The notes: generated from the sequence alone by a model not told the origin. A stretch of DNA of 64,000 nt from Minisyncoccia bacterium (GCA_044341565.1 JBIIRM010000004.1:8764-72763), one strand, 5' to 3'; counted from the first letter of the stretch, positions 10,032 through 21,429 are shown. Numbers and translations: made by a program.

Positions 10032-10484
10032 ATGCTGTACTTTTGGCTTATCCCTATTATTCCTCTGACCGCAGGTCTTATATATGCTGGGTTTGTAAAA
10101 GATATTCTAGAGGAAAAAGGATTATTAAAGTTAGGACTTCAAAGAAGTGAAATTGCTAAAGTCAATATTGTAAGAGGATTTTTATTATTAGGTATTGTAA
10201 TATTCCTTATATTTGCAACAGGTAAAAGTCAGCTTATTATAGGATTTATTGGTATAGTTTTGGGATTTTTGATTATGTTTTTCTCAGAACCGATACATAG
10301 AATTTTAGCAACTGGTGGAGGGAGTAATTCATCTTTTAGAGGAGATGATAAAATTAAATTGGTTGGTATAGTGATTTGTATTTTATCAGCTGGTTGGATG
10401 TCAGGTATTACACAGGGATTATTGTATGGATTTTTGAAAACGGCCAATCTTATTCCATCAAGTGATGTAATAGATTATTATTAG
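10032..10484 (+). CDS. Hypothetical membrane protein
   Basis: 150-aa ORF with about 4 TM segments, tightly coupled to the upstream operon. Confidence 0.7.
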   Translation: MLYFWLIPIIPLTAGLIYAGFVKDILEEKGLLKLGLQRSEIAKVNIVRGFLLLGIVIFLIFATGKSQLIIGFIGIVLGFLIMFFSEPIHRILATGGGSNSSFRGDDKIKLVGIVICILSAGWMSGITQGLLYGFLKTANLIPSSDVIDYY

Positions 10485-10539
10485 GGGTAACACAACATAT
10501 TGACCGAGTTGCAAAATCTTGCTATACTATTTTTTAGTT

Positions 10540-10616
10540 GGCCTTGTCGTCTAGTCCGGTCAGGACGCCAGGTTTTCATCCTGGTAACACGGGTTCGAAT
10601 CCCGTCGAGGCTACCA
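10540..10616 (+). tRNA. tRNA-Glu(TTC)
   Basis: Cloverleaf; CCAGG-TT-TTC-AT-CCTGG; GTTCGAATC; encoded CCA. Confidence 0.96.
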
Positions 10617-10627
10617 ATTACTTTACT

Positions 10628-10700
10628 GCTCCTGTGGTGAAACTGGATATCACTACGGTCTTCGGAACCGTCATTCGGGGTTCGAACCCCTGCGGGAGCA
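10628..10700 (+). tRNA. tRNA-Arg(TCG)
   Basis: ACGGT-CT-TCG-GA-ACCGT; acceptor GCTCCTG/CGGGAGC. Confidence 0.94.
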
Positions 10701-10861
10701 CAGATTGTAGTAATATGCCATTGAGGCATATTACTCAAGGGGTTCGGTCACAAGTAATTTCCCTAGATTTATTATAAAATATATATTATATTTTAATCAT
10801 AGACATGATAATATGTAAATGTTATTATTGTCTTAGTTTAGAAATTTTTAATTCTAATCAT

Positions 10862-11858
10862 ATGCATATAAAAAAATATTAATATGGGTAGTAATACTGC
10901 TGGGTATAACTATTTTATTGGCTGTGATTAATAATAAATCTACTTTGAATTCACCCTCTACAGTTGATACATTAGGTTCAGGAGATCATGACCTCACTTT
11001 TCAATATGATGGTTTAGTAAGGACTTATACAATCCATATACCAACCTCATATGATACCAATACCTTATCGCCTCTTATAATTGCATTACATGGTGGTGAG
11101 GGAACAAGTAAAGGGATGATGGAACTGACACAGCTCAATACTTTATCCAATAGTGAAGGATTTATTGTAATTTATCCAGAAGGGGTTGAGAATAATTGGA
11201 ATGATGGAAGAGATGGCGCAGAAACTAGGTATCGTGCTCACACAGAAAATATTAATGATGTCGGCTTTATATCTGCACTAATTGATTATGCCACAAATAC
11301 ATTCAACGTAGACTCAAATCGTGTTTATGTGACAGGGATGTCAAATGGGGCAATGATGTCTTATCGTCTTGCATGTGAATTATCTACTAAAATAGCTGCA
11401 GTGGCTCCTGTTACCGGTAATATCTCTCAAAATTTTTATCCAGGATGTTTGCCAACACAACCAATTTTAGTATTAGCAATTAATGGGTTGTATGACTCTA
11501 TAATGCCTTATAAAGGAGGGGATATTGTAGGGCCTTTTGGGAATAGGAAATTAGGGAAGGTCTATCGGCCTCTGATACAATTGAATTTTGGGCAAATCAT
11601 AATGGTTGTTCATTATCCCCAATTATTACCCAAGAACCGGATATAGCTCCAGATGATGGGACAACAATACAAAAGAAAGAGTATGGGAATTGTAAGGATG
11701 GATATGAGGTTATTTTATACACTATTGAAGGAGGAGGCCATACTTGGCCCGGAACCAGCGGCAGAAAATACTCAGAAGTAACAAATGGGATAAAAAGTGA
11801 GGACATAGTAGCCACTGATATAATATGGGAATTTTTCAAGCAACATTCAATTAATTAA
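10862..11858 (+). pseudogene. Secreted LpqC/PHB-depolymerase-like esterase with two frameshifts
   Basis: ALHGG and GMSNG nucleophile; signal/TM N-terminus out of frame at the A7 run 10870-10876; C-terminus (EFWANHNGC...GGGHTWPG...IWEFF*) continues in another frame after ~11562. Confidence 0.85.
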
Positions 11859-11900
11859 ATCAAGAAAAAGATGATATAATAAATATAATAAATTAACAAT

Positions 11901-13154
11901 ATGAAAAAACTTATCTTATACATAGCAACTATATTGATAGGAGTATTTATTTTTACGCTATTTATTCCTAATATAAGTATAGGAGAAACCCCCACATCTG
12001 CTACAGGAACTAGCAATCCCACAGGATTGGCAGAGGGATTAACTGCATTTCAAAACGCTCCTTCAGGGCTTAATACAGGAGGAACTTTAATTGGATATAT
12101 AGCTAATATCATTAGATGGGTATTAGGGCTTTTGGGTACAGTATTCTTTGTAATAATAGTATTACAAGGATATATCTATATGACTGCAGGAGGAGATTCA
12201 AGCAAAACTGCTTCTGCTATCGGAGCTATTGGTAATGCCGTTATAGGCTTACTAATAATTATGGGGGCTTTCCTTATTACTAATTATGTGACAAGTGCTC
12301 TTATCAATAGTGGAGGAGGAGCTTCTACTTCAACAGGGACGGGAGGGACAGGAGGGACAGGTGCAGGGACTCCCGTAACCAATGACTCTACAGCTTATAA
12401 AACAACAAGGTCTATTAATTATAATGGAGTCAATGTGGATGTTATTATTGATAAACCAAGTATTAATGAAGTGGATGTACTGATTACTTATCATGGGACT
12501 GTAGAAAGCGATGATGCTATATTGACTGCTGCTGACAGAACTCTTACTGAATTTAAAAACCTGCTAGATAGTCAAAATATGATGCTTGTTAGTGTAGCCC
12601 ATCCTCAACAGAATATTCTTTTTGGTGATAATATAAAGCAAGCAGAAGCTGCTTTTCTATGGGTAAAGAATCAAGCAAGTCAAGACTTAGGAATTACAGT
12701 TAACAAAATATTTTTAGCAGGACATTCACAAGGGGGATATTTAGTTACTCGTCTTAACACAATGCATCAAACAAACGGGGTAATTGCAAATGCACCAGGA
12801 CCTTTAGATTTACTTTATAGATGTCGGTTAGAGGAGACTGGACAAGAAAAAGCAAGTTATAGTTGTGATAACTTGAGAAATGAATATGGATCTACATCCG
12901 CAAATCCAAATGCATATTCTCAGAGATCATTATTAAATTATAATGATAGTTTTAAATCAGATATATTGTTTGTACAAGGATTAGCTGATTCAGCGATTCA
13001 GCTGCATTCTTGGCCAACATTTAAAAATGAGATAAGAAATTGTGGTAATTGTATGGCTAGTAAATTTGTTGAAGTACCTGGGGGTAAACATGGGGCAATA
13101 TTTGCGAGTGAAAATGCAAAATCTGAATTGAATAATTTTATATCCAATCATTAA
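11901..13154 (+). CDS. TrbC/VirB2-like (CPR) pilin fused to an alpha/beta hydrolase
   Basis: Signal peptide; pilin hairpin (IIRWVLGLLG...GYIYMTAGGD...NAVIGLLII); Gly/Thr linker; GHSQGG, QGLADS, GGKHG triad. Confidence 0.8.
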   Translation: MKKLILYIATILIGVFIFTLFIPNISIGETPTSATGTSNPTGLAEGLTAFQNAPSGLNTGGTLIGYIANIIRWVLGLLGTVFFVIIVLQGYIYMTAGGDSSKTASAIGAIGNAVIGLLIIMGAFLITNYVTSALINSGGGASTSTGTGGTGGTGAGTPVTNDSTAYKTTRSINYNGVNVDVIIDKPSINEVDVLITYHGTVESDDAILTAADRTLTEFKNLLDSQNMMLVSVAHPQQNILFGDNIKQAEAAFLWVKNQASQDLGITVNKIFLAGHSQGGYLVTRLNTMHQTNGVIANAPGPLDLLYRCRLEETGQEKASYSCDNLRNEYGSTSANPNAYSQRSLLNYNDSFKSDILFVQGLADSAIQLHSWPTFKNEIRNCGNCMASKFVEVPGGKHGAIFASENAKSELNNFISNH

Positions 13155-13247
13155 TACTAAACTCTCTTTTTAACAAACATTTTATAAAAATACCATCTCA
13201 GTTATCATAATATCGACGGCTCTAAACGGGTGTGTATAATCCAAGTA

Positions 13248-13276
13248 TTGACTATATTTTATTTTTATAGTATTAT
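13248..13276 (+). promoter_or_regulatory. Sigma70 promoter of rpoBC
   Basis: TTGACT-17 bp-TATTAT. Confidence 0.6.
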
Positions 13277-13282
13277 TAAAAG

Positions 13283-13452
13283 AATGGATGAGTGATGACG
13301 CGTGAGACTTTATTGGATTGGCTATCAAATAATGATGATACAGATACATATTGCTTAGTAAAAAAGAGAGTAATGGATTTTCCATTGCTTATTTTATGCG
13401 TTTATAAGTAAGCCCGAATAAGTCCTCATCAAAGCACTATTAGATTAAGTAT
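13283..13452 (+). promoter_or_regulatory. Putative structured 5' leader of rpoB
   Basis: Long-range helix 13302-13316/13414-13429 enclosing several hairpins. Confidence 0.45.
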
Positions 13453-16400
13453 ATGCATATGGCAAAAAATCAGAGAGTTTTCTTCAAGCCCACTATTGAT
13501 CTCGAATTACCAAATCTTATAGAGCCACAATTAGCTTCATATAAATGGTTTTTACAAGAGGGGCTTCGCGACCTTTTTGAAGAGCATTATCCAGTACTTG
13601 ACTGGACAGGTACTGAATATCGATTAGAATTTGTAGGATATCGATTGGATGAGCCAAAACTTTCTGAAGTACAATCTCGTGTAAAGAATATCACTTTTGA
13701 AGCTCCACTTAGAGCTAAAATTACTCTGATTAATAATACAACGAATAAAAAAGTTACTCAAGAAGTTTTTCTAGGAGATGTTCCTTTGATGACTGAGAGA
13801 GGAACCTTTATTATTAATGGTACAGAGCGAGTTATTATTGCTCAAATTTTGCGTTCACCTGGAGTATTCTTTACGGAGAATATTTCTCGAGATAAGAGAT
13901 ATTTTGGGGCTAAGCTTATTCCGACTCGTGGAGCTTGGATTGAAATTGAAACCGATGGAGCTGGAGTAATGTGGGTAAAAATTGACCGTAAGCGTAAAGT
14001 TGCTCTTACTTCTCTTTTACGTGCCTTTGGTCTTGGGAAAGATAATGATCTTATCTCAACTTTTGCTGATGTTGATACAGGTAAAATAAAATTTATCAAA
14101 GAAACTATTACAAAAGATGGTGCTCGTGATCAAAAGTCAGGATTTGTAGAAGTGTATCGAAGAATTCGACCAGGAGATTTAGCTACAGATGATAATGCGA
14201 AGCAATTGATTGAAGGTATGTTCTTTAATTTTAGTCGTTATGATCTTGGTAAGGTTGGACGATATAAAGTGAATAATCGAATAGGTGTTGATTTAACTGA
14301 AGATCCAAAGCATAGAATTTTACAAATTGATGATTTTATTAAAATCGTAAAAGAAATTATTCGTCTTAATAATGACCCACAGGCTATGCCTGATGATATT
14401 GATAATCTGAGCAATCGACGTATTCGATTAATTGGAGAATTAGTACAAGAACGAGCTCGAGTTGGATTTGCTCGAATGGAGAAAATTGTAAAAGATAGAA
14501 TGAGTACTGCAGATCCACAAACTATTACCCCTACTAGTGTAATTAATGCACGCCCTCTTGTTGCTGCTATTCATGAATTCTTCTCTTCAAGTCAATTGTC
14601 TCAATACATGGATCAGATTAATACCTTATCAGAATTAGAGCATAAGCGAAGAGTATCTGCTTTGGGACCAAATGGACTTGCTCGAGACCGAGCTGGATTC
14701 GAGGTTCGAGATGTGCATCCTACCCATTTCGGGCGTATTTGTCCTATTGCTACACCGGAAGGACCTAATATTGGACTTATTGGTCAATTAGCTACCTATG
14801 CACATATTAATGAATATGGATTCTTAGAAACTCCATTCAGAAAAGTAGTAAAAGGAAAAGTTACTGATGAAGTTATATTCTTTGATGCAGCTGAGGAGAA
14901 AAAATATATTATTGCCTCCGCAGTAGTAGACTTGGATGATAAGGGTCTTATTATCAATGATCGTGTTATTGCACGTAAAGATAGTAATGTGATTATTGTT
15001 GAGCGAGATGAAATTGAATTTATCAATGTATCCCCAAAACAATTAATTTCTGTATCTACATCTCTTATTCCATTTGTGGAGCATAATGACTCAGCTCGAG
15101 CCTTGATGGGTTCAAACATGCAGAAGCAGGGAGTTCCTTCTATTAAAAGTGACTCTCCAATTGTAGGAACTGGTATGGAGCGAGAAGCTGCTCGATATAG
15201 TGGTCAAATTATTGTAGCGCCAGAAGACGGAAATATTATTGAAGCTGATGCTGCACATATTCTCTTTGAAGCAACTAAATCAAAGAAGAGAACTTTATTT
15301 GAATTGACCAAATTCTTAAAATCTAATGCATATACCAGTGTTAATCAAAAAATCCGATGTATTCCTGGACAAAAAGTAAAAAGAGGTGATCTTCTTGCTG
15401 ATGGTTCATCTATGCAAAATGGAGAATTAGCTCTTGGGCAAAACTTAAGAGTAGGATTTATGTCCTATGAGGGGAATAACTTTGAGGATGCTATTATTCT
15501 CTCAGACCGCCTTGTAAAAGAAGATGTATTTACCTCAGTACATATTGAAGATTTCTCAGTAGATGTATCAGATACAAGACTGGGAGAAGAGCAAGTTACT
15601 CGAGATATTCCTAATGTTTCAGAAGAGAGACTCCAAGATTTAGATGCTGAAGGTATTGTAAGAATTGGAGCAACGGTAAAGCCAGGAAGTATTCTTGTTG
15701 GAAAAATTAGTCCTAAGGGAGAAACTGATTTAACAGCAGAAGAGCGATTACTCCGAGTAATTTTTGGTGAAAAATCTCGAGAAGTAAAAGATTCTTCTCT
15801 TAAGATGCCAAATGGTCATCAAGGAAAAGTTGTTGAAGTAAGAATATTTACTCGAGCAAATGGAGATAAACTTCCTAGTGGAGTTATCAAGAGAGTTCAA
15901 GTAAGTATAGCTCATCTCAGAAAAGTAAGTGTTGGAGATAAATTAGCAGGACGACATGGAAATAAGGGAGTTATTGCAAAAATTCTTCCACAAGAAGATA
16001 TGCCCTTCTCAGCTGATGGAACTTCACTTGATATTTTGTTAACACCACTTGGTATTGCATCTCGTATGAATCTTGGTCAAGTATATGAAACTCATCTTGG
16101 ACTTGCAGTATCTGCTTTAGGACTCAAAGTTGCAAGCCCTGCTCTTGATGGAGTTAGTCTTGATAAGATTAAAGAATTACTTCGAGAAGCAAATCTTCCT
16201 GAAGATGGAAAAATTCAATTATTTGATGGAAAAACTGGAGATGCTTATCTTGAAAAGACTACAGTTGGAGTTATGTATGTGATGAAATTAAACCATTTAA
16301 TTGAAGATAAGCTTCATATGCGATCCACTGGTCCTTATTCTCTTATTACACAGCAACCTCTAGGAGGAAAAGCTCAAATGGGAGGACAGAGACTGGGAGA

Positions 16401-16641
16401 AATGGAAGTATGGGCATTCGAAGGATATGGGGCTTCTCATATGCTTCAAGAAATGTTGACCATTAAATCTGATGATGTGATTGGACGATCTCGTGCCTAT
16501 GAGTCAATCATTAAGGGAGAAAAAATTCAAGCTCCGTATATTCCTTCATCATTCCATGTATTGGTAAATGAATTAAAGGGACTTGGAATTAATGTTGCTC
16601 TCAAGAATGCCAAGACAATAGTTGAGTCAGACGAAGAATAA
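13453..16641 (+). CDS. rpoB: RNA polymerase beta subunit
   Basis: RDVHPTHFGRICPIATPEGPNIGL, GDKLAGRHGNKG, GGQRLGEME. Confidence 0.99.
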   Translation: MHMAKNQRVFFKPTIDLELPNLIEPQLASYKWFLQEGLRDLFEEHYPVLDWTGTEYRLEFVGYRLDEPKLSEVQSRVKNITFEAPLRAKITLINNTTNKKVTQEVFLGDVPLMTERGTFIINGTERVIIAQILRSPGVFFTENISRDKRYFGAKLIPTRGAWIEIETDGAGVMWVKIDRKRKVALTSLLRAFGLGKDNDLISTFADVDTGKIKFIKETITKDGARDQKSGFVEVYRRIRPGDLATDDNAKQLIEGMFFNFSRYDLGKVGRYKVNNRIGVDLTEDPKHRILQIDDFIKIVKEIIRLNNDPQAMPDDIDNLSNRRIRLIGELVQERARVGFARMEKIVKDRMSTADPQTITPTSVINARPLVAAIHEFFSSSQLSQYMDQINTLSELEHKRRVSALGPNGLARDRAGFEVRDVHPTHFGRICPIATPEGPNIGLIGQLATYAHINEYGFLETPFRKVVKGKVTDEVIFFDAAEEKKYIIASAVVDLDDKGLIINDRVIARKDSNVIIVERDEIEFINVSPKQLISVSTSLIPFVEHNDSARALMGSNMQKQGVPSIKSDSPIVGTGMEREAARYSGQIIVAPEDGNIIEADAAHILFEATKSKKRTLFELTKFLKSNAYTSVNQKIRCIPGQKVKRGDLLADGSSMQNGELALGQNLRVGFMSYEGNNFEDAIILSDRLVKEDVFTSVHIEDFSVDVSDTRLGEEQVTRDIPNVSEERLQDLDAEGIVRIGATVKPGSILVGKISPKGETDLTAEERLLRVIFGEKSREVKDSSLKMPNGHQGKVVEVRIFTRANGDKLPSGVIKRVQVSIAHLRKVSVGDKLAGRHGNKGVIAKILPQEDMPFSADGTSLDILLTPLGIASRMNLGQVYETHLGLAVSALGLKVASPALDGVSLDKIKELLREANLPEDGKIQLFDGKTGDAYLEKTTVGVMYVMKLNHLIEDKLHMRSTGPYSLITQQPLGGKAQMGGQRLGEMEVWAFEGYGASHMLQEMLTIKSDDVIGRSRAYESIIKGEKIQAPYIPSSFHVLVNELKGLGINVALKNAKTIVESDEE

Positions 16642-16664
16642 TCATCATTTAATACGATATCTCT

Positions 16665-19600
16665 ATGAATAATCAAATCACCCCAAACAATGAGAAAGAG
16701 ACTATATCTATGAATGTAGTTGACTTCGATTCTATACAATTAACCCTGGCTTCTCCTGAAGATATTCTTGCATGGTCATCTGGAGAGGTTACAAAACCTG
16801 AAACTATTAATTATCGAACTCAGAAAGCTGAGAAAGATGGTTTGTTTTCAGAAAAAATCTTCGGACCAGTAAGAGATTATGAATGTTCTTGTGGAAAATA
16901 TCGACGAATTCGATATAAGGGAATTATTTGTGACAAATGTGGAGTTGAAGTTACCAAATCTTCAGTTCGAAGAGAGAGAATGGCTCATATTGAACTTGCT
17001 ATTCCCGTTGCTCATATTTGGTTTTTACGAAATATTCCAAGCCGAATTGCTTTAATCTTAAATCAAACATTATCTGATGTTGAAAAGGTAGTGTATTATT
17101 CTAGCTATATCATTACCGAAGTTGATGAGAATCTAAAAAAAGATTATATCAAACAAGTTGAAGCAGAATATAAGCATAAGCTTAATGATTTAGGTACTGG
17201 TGGTAATGATAGTGATCAAGCTCTTCAAGAATTACTGGACTCCAAGCAACAGAATTTAGATTTTCTTGCTACTCTTGAGAAATGGAATATTATTTCAGAA
17301 ATTGATTATCGATTGATGTCAATGAAATTTGCTCCTGTATTCAAGGCTGAGACAGGTTCTGCAGTACTTCGTACTATTTTTGCTGGAATTGACCTTGAGA
17401 CTGAGCTTAAGAATTTAGACAAAGAATTAGAAGTTGCTGATGGTATCAAAGCTCAGAAAATTATCAAGAAAATCCGATTCTTAGGAGGATTACATCAAGC
17501 TCATGTTCGACCTGAGTGGATGTTCCTTACCCATCTTCCTGTTATCCCACCAGATCTAAGGCCAATGGTGGCTCTTGATGGAGGACGATTTGCAACTTCA
17601 GATCTTAATGATTTGTATCGACGTGTAATTAATCGAAATAATCGATTAAAGAAATTAATGGCACAAAGAGCTCCTGAAGTAATTGTACGAAATGAAAAGA
17701 GAATGTTGCAAGAAGCAGTAGATGCCCTTATTGATAATTCAATGCGAAAGGGTCAATCGACTACAGTGGCTTCAACAGGACAAAAGAGAGTATTGAAATC
17801 TCTTGCGGATTCTCTTAAAGGAAAGCAGGGACGATTCCGACAAAATCTTCTTGGAAAGCGTGTAGATTATTCTGCTCGATCAGTAATTGTGGTAGGACCT
17901 AATCTTAAGATTAATGAATGTGGAATTCCAAAAACAATGGCTCTTGAATTATTCAAACCATTTATCATTAATCGATTAATAGAGGATGAATATGCTCATA
18001 ATATTCGAAGTGCTACACGATTAATAGAGCAAGGATTAGATGTTGTTTGGGATATTCTTGATGATGTTATTGAACATCGATATGTATTATTGAACCGAGC
18101 ACCTACCTTACATAGATTAAGTATTCAAGCTTTCAAACCAGTTTTGATTGAAGGGAAAGCTATTCAATTAAATCCTATGGTATGTAGCCCATTTAATGCT
18201 GATTTCGATGGAGATCAAATGGCAGTACATGTACCTCTATCTGAGGAAGCTGTACGTGAAGCAGGAGAATTAATGATATCTGATCATAACTTGATTAAAC
18301 CTTCAGATGGAAGTCCTTCTTCAGCACCATCACAAGATATGGTATTGGGAATTTATTATACTACTGTTGCTGATGAGAGTGATAAACCTGTTCAAGTATT
18401 CAGAAACTTTGATGAGGCTGTAACTGCTTATGATCATAAGCAAATTACGCTAAGAGAATTGGTAGAAATTCGCAATGAATCAAAAGTTGGAAATACTCCA
18501 ATTAAGACCACAGTTGGACGAATTTCATTTAATGAAATATTGCCAGAAGGATTTGAATATGTAAATGAAGTAGTTGGGAAAAAACAGCTTAAGAATCTCT
18601 TGAATAAAGCTTTATATGAATTTACTCAACCACAAGTAGGGGAATTCTTAGATAGAATTAAGAAATTTGGATTTGCTGAAATGACTCGATCAGGATTATC
18701 TTGGGCTATTAGTGACTTCACTGTGTCTGATAAAAAAGATAAGCTTATTACCAATGCACAAAATAGTGTTGAGGAAGTAACCAATCAATTCGAAGATGGA
18801 TTATTGACTGAAAAAGAACGATATGCTCAAATTGTAGATGTATGGAGCAAGGCTTCTATCGAAATTGGAGCATTAGTACGATCAGAAGTTGATGTAAAAG
18901 GACCGGTATTCTCTATGATTGACTCTGGAGCTCGAGGATCTTGGGGACAATTAAATCAGATGGCAGGAATGAAAGGACTAGTGGTATCTCCATCAGGAAA
19001 AATTATTGAAACTCCAATTACATCCAGTTTCCTCAAGGGTCTTACTGAATTAGAATATTTCATTTCTACTCATGGAGCTCGAAAAGGACTGGTAGATACT
19101 GCTTTGAAAACAGCTACATCTGGATATCTTACTCGACGATTAGTTGATGTAAATCAAGATATTGTGGTTAAAGAAGCTGATTGTGGAGATACAACTGGAT
19201 TGGTATTATCTCGACTTGATGCTGAAGAAGCAGGGGATAGCTTTACTAATTTCATATTCGGACGAAAAACCGTTGATGATATTGTAAATCCCGAGACTAA
19301 GAAGACAATTGTAAAGGCAGGAGAATTCATTACTCATGCAGAAGCTGAGACTATTGATTCACTTGGTATTGATAATGTAAGAATTCGAAGCTTGGTAAGT
19401 TGTAAAACCATTCGAGGAGTATGTCAATCTTGTTATGGAATTGACCTCGGGCGTAATGCAATTGTAAAAATTGGAGAAGCAGTAGGAATTGTTACTGCTC
19501 AAGCTATTGGAGAACCTGCAACACAGTTAACTATGCGTACTTTCCATCAAGGAGGTTCAGCTGGAGCTGCCGATGTAACTAAGGGACTTCCACGAGTAGA

Positions 19601-20300
19601 AGAAGTATTCGAAGCCCGTAATCCAAAAACTCAAGCTATGATGTCAACTGTGGCAGGAACTGTAGTAGATGTGATTGAAACAGCTGGAGAAATTCGAATT
19701 AAGATTAAGACCAATGAGGCTAAAGAAGCTAAAAAGTCAAAAGCTGATATCAAGGAACTTGTTGCTGACCCTGTAGTAGATATTGTACTTGTTAAAGTAG
19801 GTGATAGTATTGAAGTAGGACAACCAATTACAGAGGGACATCTTGATCTTGAAAAACTCTATAAGCATGCAGGTATTGATACCTTAACTCGATATATAAT
19901 TCAGCAAATTCTTGAAATTTATAATTCTCAAGGAGCTGGAATTGCTATCAAACATGTTGAGATGATTGTAAGGCAAATGACTTCACGTTATATGGTGACG
20001 GAACCAGGAAAATCTACTTACTTAAAGGGACAAACCATTACTCGTGATCAACTTCTTGAATTCAATCGATTCACTGAGAGTAAAGATGATTTAATACAAG
20101 TAGATCCACTATTACAAGGTATTACTAAAGTTGCTCTTAATACTGAGAGTTTCTTATCAGCTGCATCTTTCCAAAATACCACCAAGGTATTAATTGATGC
20201 TGCCTTATTCGGAAAAGAAGATCACTTGAGAGGACTGAAAGAAAATGTCATTATTGGAAGACTTATACCAGCTGGAACTGGATTTGAATCCGAGAGATAG
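16665..20300 (+). CDS. rpoC: RNA polymerase beta' subunit
   Basis: Zn finger, [21 protein letters not shown]. Confidence 0.99.
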   Translation: MNNQITPNNEKETISMNVVDFDSIQLTLASPEDILAWSSGEVTKPETINYRTQKAEKDGLFSEKIFGPVRDYECSCGKYRRIRYKGIICDKCGVEVTKSSVRRERMAHIELAIPVAHIWFLRNIPSRIALILNQTLSDVEKVVYYSSYIITEVDENLKKDYIKQVEAEYKHKLNDLGTGGNDSDQALQELLDSKQQNLDFLATLEKWNIISEIDYRLMSMKFAPVFKAETGSAVLRTIFAGIDLETELKNLDKELEVADGIKAQKIIKKIRFLGGLHQAHVRPEWMFLTHLPVIPPDLRPMVALDGGRFATSDLNDLYRRVINRNNRLKKLMAQRAPEVIVRNEKRMLQEAVDALIDNSMRKGQSTTVASTGQKRVLKSLADSLKGKQGRFRQNLLGKRVDYSARSVIVVGPNLKINECGIPKTMALELFKPFIINRLIEDEYAHNIRSATRLIEQGLDVVWDILDDVIEHRYVLLNRAPTLHRLSIQAFKPVLIEGKAIQLNPMVCSPFNADFDGDQMAVHVPLSEEAVREAGELMISDHNLIKPSDGSPSSAPSQDMVLGIYYTTVADESDKPVQVFRNFDEAVTAYDHKQITLRELVEIRNESKVGNTPIKTTVGRISFNEILPEGFEYVNEVVGKKQLKNLLNKALYEFTQPQVGEFLDRIKKFGFAEMTRSGLSWAISDFTVSDKKDKLITNAQNSVEEVTNQFEDGLLTEKERYAQIVDVWSKASIEIGALVRSEVDVKGPVFSMIDSGARGSWGQLNQMAGMKGLVVSPSGKIIETPITSSFLKGLTELEYFISTHGARKGLVDTALKTATSGYLTRRLVDVNQDIVVKEADCGDTTGLVLSRLDAEEAGDSFTNFIFGRKTVDDIVNPETKKTIVKAGEFITHAEAETIDSLGIDNVRIRSLVSCKTIRGVCQSCYGIDLGRNAIVKIGEAVGIVTAQAIGEPATQLTMRTFHQGGSAGAADVTKGLPRVEEVFEARNPKTQAMMSTVAGTVVDVIETAGEIRIKIKTNEAKEAKKSKADIKELVADPVVDIVLVKVGDSIEVGQPITEGHLDLEKLYKHAGIDTLTRYIIQQILEIYNSQGAGIAIKHVEMIVRQMTSRYMVTEPGKSTYLKGQTITRDQLLEFNRFTESKDDLIQVDPLLQGITKVALNTESFLSAASFQNTTKVLIDAALFGKEDHLRGLKENVIIGRLIPAGTGFESER

Positions 20301-20363
20301 TCTTTGCAGAATATGTTTTCTGATGTATACTAATACTATACATATCATTAAAATAAAAAGAGT

Positions 20364-21125
20364 ATGAATCGAAAAGCCATTATTATTTGGGGGATTGTAG
20401 GGTTAATAGCCATTATTGGTATTATATTAACCTATATTCTTCTACGTAATAATGGTTCTTCTGATACTGTAAATACTGGGAATCAGGACAATATAACCAA
20501 TAGTAATACAGACGAAAATACTGTATTACCAAATGAATCTGAGATTGAATCAATTGAGGGAAGACAGGGTAGTGGTGATTATTATTATTGGTCTATTATG
20601 CCAACCAAATTACAATCTCAATTGAGAAATCCTCGAGAATCTGGACTTTTAGATTATTTTTATTCTCAAGATTTAGGGATAGCGTTTTCTTATGAAGTGA
20701 TTGCTATAGGGTCAGACAAATATGTTACTGTATCTCCTGAAGCTAATACGATATATTTACATATTTTTGAAACTCCAAAAGACTCAGGGCAATCAATAGA
20801 AATTATTACGATAGATTCAGATAAGAGATTTAATAGTATTCTAGATATTATTAGTACTCAATTATTGACCCCAGCACAGAATACAAATTGTCAAATAATA
20901 GAAAAAGATGCCAAATATAGCATTATAGCTAAAGATAGTAATGTAAAAGATTCAACAGTAATTTGTGGTAAATATGCTAAAGGGAATAATAGATTCTTCA
21001 TTAAGCCGCAAGAAGAGGGGACTGCAACCAATAAATTAGTATTTGTATCAGCTGGGGATAAAGAGCTCACTTATGATGGTACTGGGGATGGTAAATTTTG
21101 GTATCAGTCTGTAGTTGTAGAATAA
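20364..21125 (+). CDS. Hypothetical N-terminally anchored extracytoplasmic protein
   Basis: N-terminal TM, low-complexity linker, Cys pair. Confidence 0.75.
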   Translation: MNRKAIIIWGIVGLIAIIGIILTYILLRNNGSSDTVNTGNQDNITNSNTDENTVLPNESEIESIEGRQGSGDYYYWSIMPTKLQSQLRNPRESGLLDYFYSQDLGIAFSYEVIAIGSDKYVTVSPEANTIYLHIFETPKDSGQSIEIITIDSDKRFNSILDIISTQLLTPAQNTNCQIIEKDAKYSIIAKDSNVKDSTVICGKYAKGNNRFFIKPQEEGTATNKLVFVSAGDKELTYDGTGDGKFWYQSVVVE

Positions 21126-21128
21126 TCT

Positions 21129-21157
21129 TTGACAAAAACACTATTCTAGTATATAAT
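21129..21157 (+). promoter_or_regulatory. Consensus sigma70 promoter for tRNA-Thr/rpmG
   Basis: TTGACA-17 bp-TATAAT. Confidence 0.85.
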
Positions 21158-21172
21158 TCTACAAGACTGTGC

Positions 21173-21245
21173 GCCGATATAGCTCAGTTGGTAGAGCGCA
21201 CCCATGGTAAGGGTGAGGTCATCAGTTCAATCCTGATTATCGGCT
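21173..21245 (+). tRNA. tRNA-Thr(GGT)
   Basis: CACCC-AT-GGT-AA-GGGTG; acceptor GCCGATA/TATCGGC. Confidence 0.96.
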
Positions 21246-21270
21246 CCCTAAATTATATAATGATATTACT

Positions 21271-21429
21271 ATGAGTCAAGATAATTTAATCAAATTACAA
21301 TGTACAGAAACTGGTAGAATCGGTTATTATACGCGTAAGAATAAGAAGAAAAATACTGAGAAATTAGAGTTAAAGAAATTTAATCCTGATTTACGTCGAC
21401 ATACTCTTCATCGAGAAATGAAGAAATAA
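21271..21429 (+). CDS. rpmG: 50S ribosomal protein L33 (52 aa, not in ORF track)
   Basis: MSQDNLIKLQCTETGRIGYYTRKNKKKNTEKLELKKFNPDLRRHTLHREMKK. Confidence 0.95.
   Translation: MSQDNLIKLQCTETGRIGYYTRKNKKKNTEKLELKKFNPDLRRHTLHREMKK

Noticed and set aside
10481-10777. ORFs 10481-10738(-) and 10538-10777(+)
   Set aside because: They overlap tRNA-Glu and tRNA-Arg; spurious
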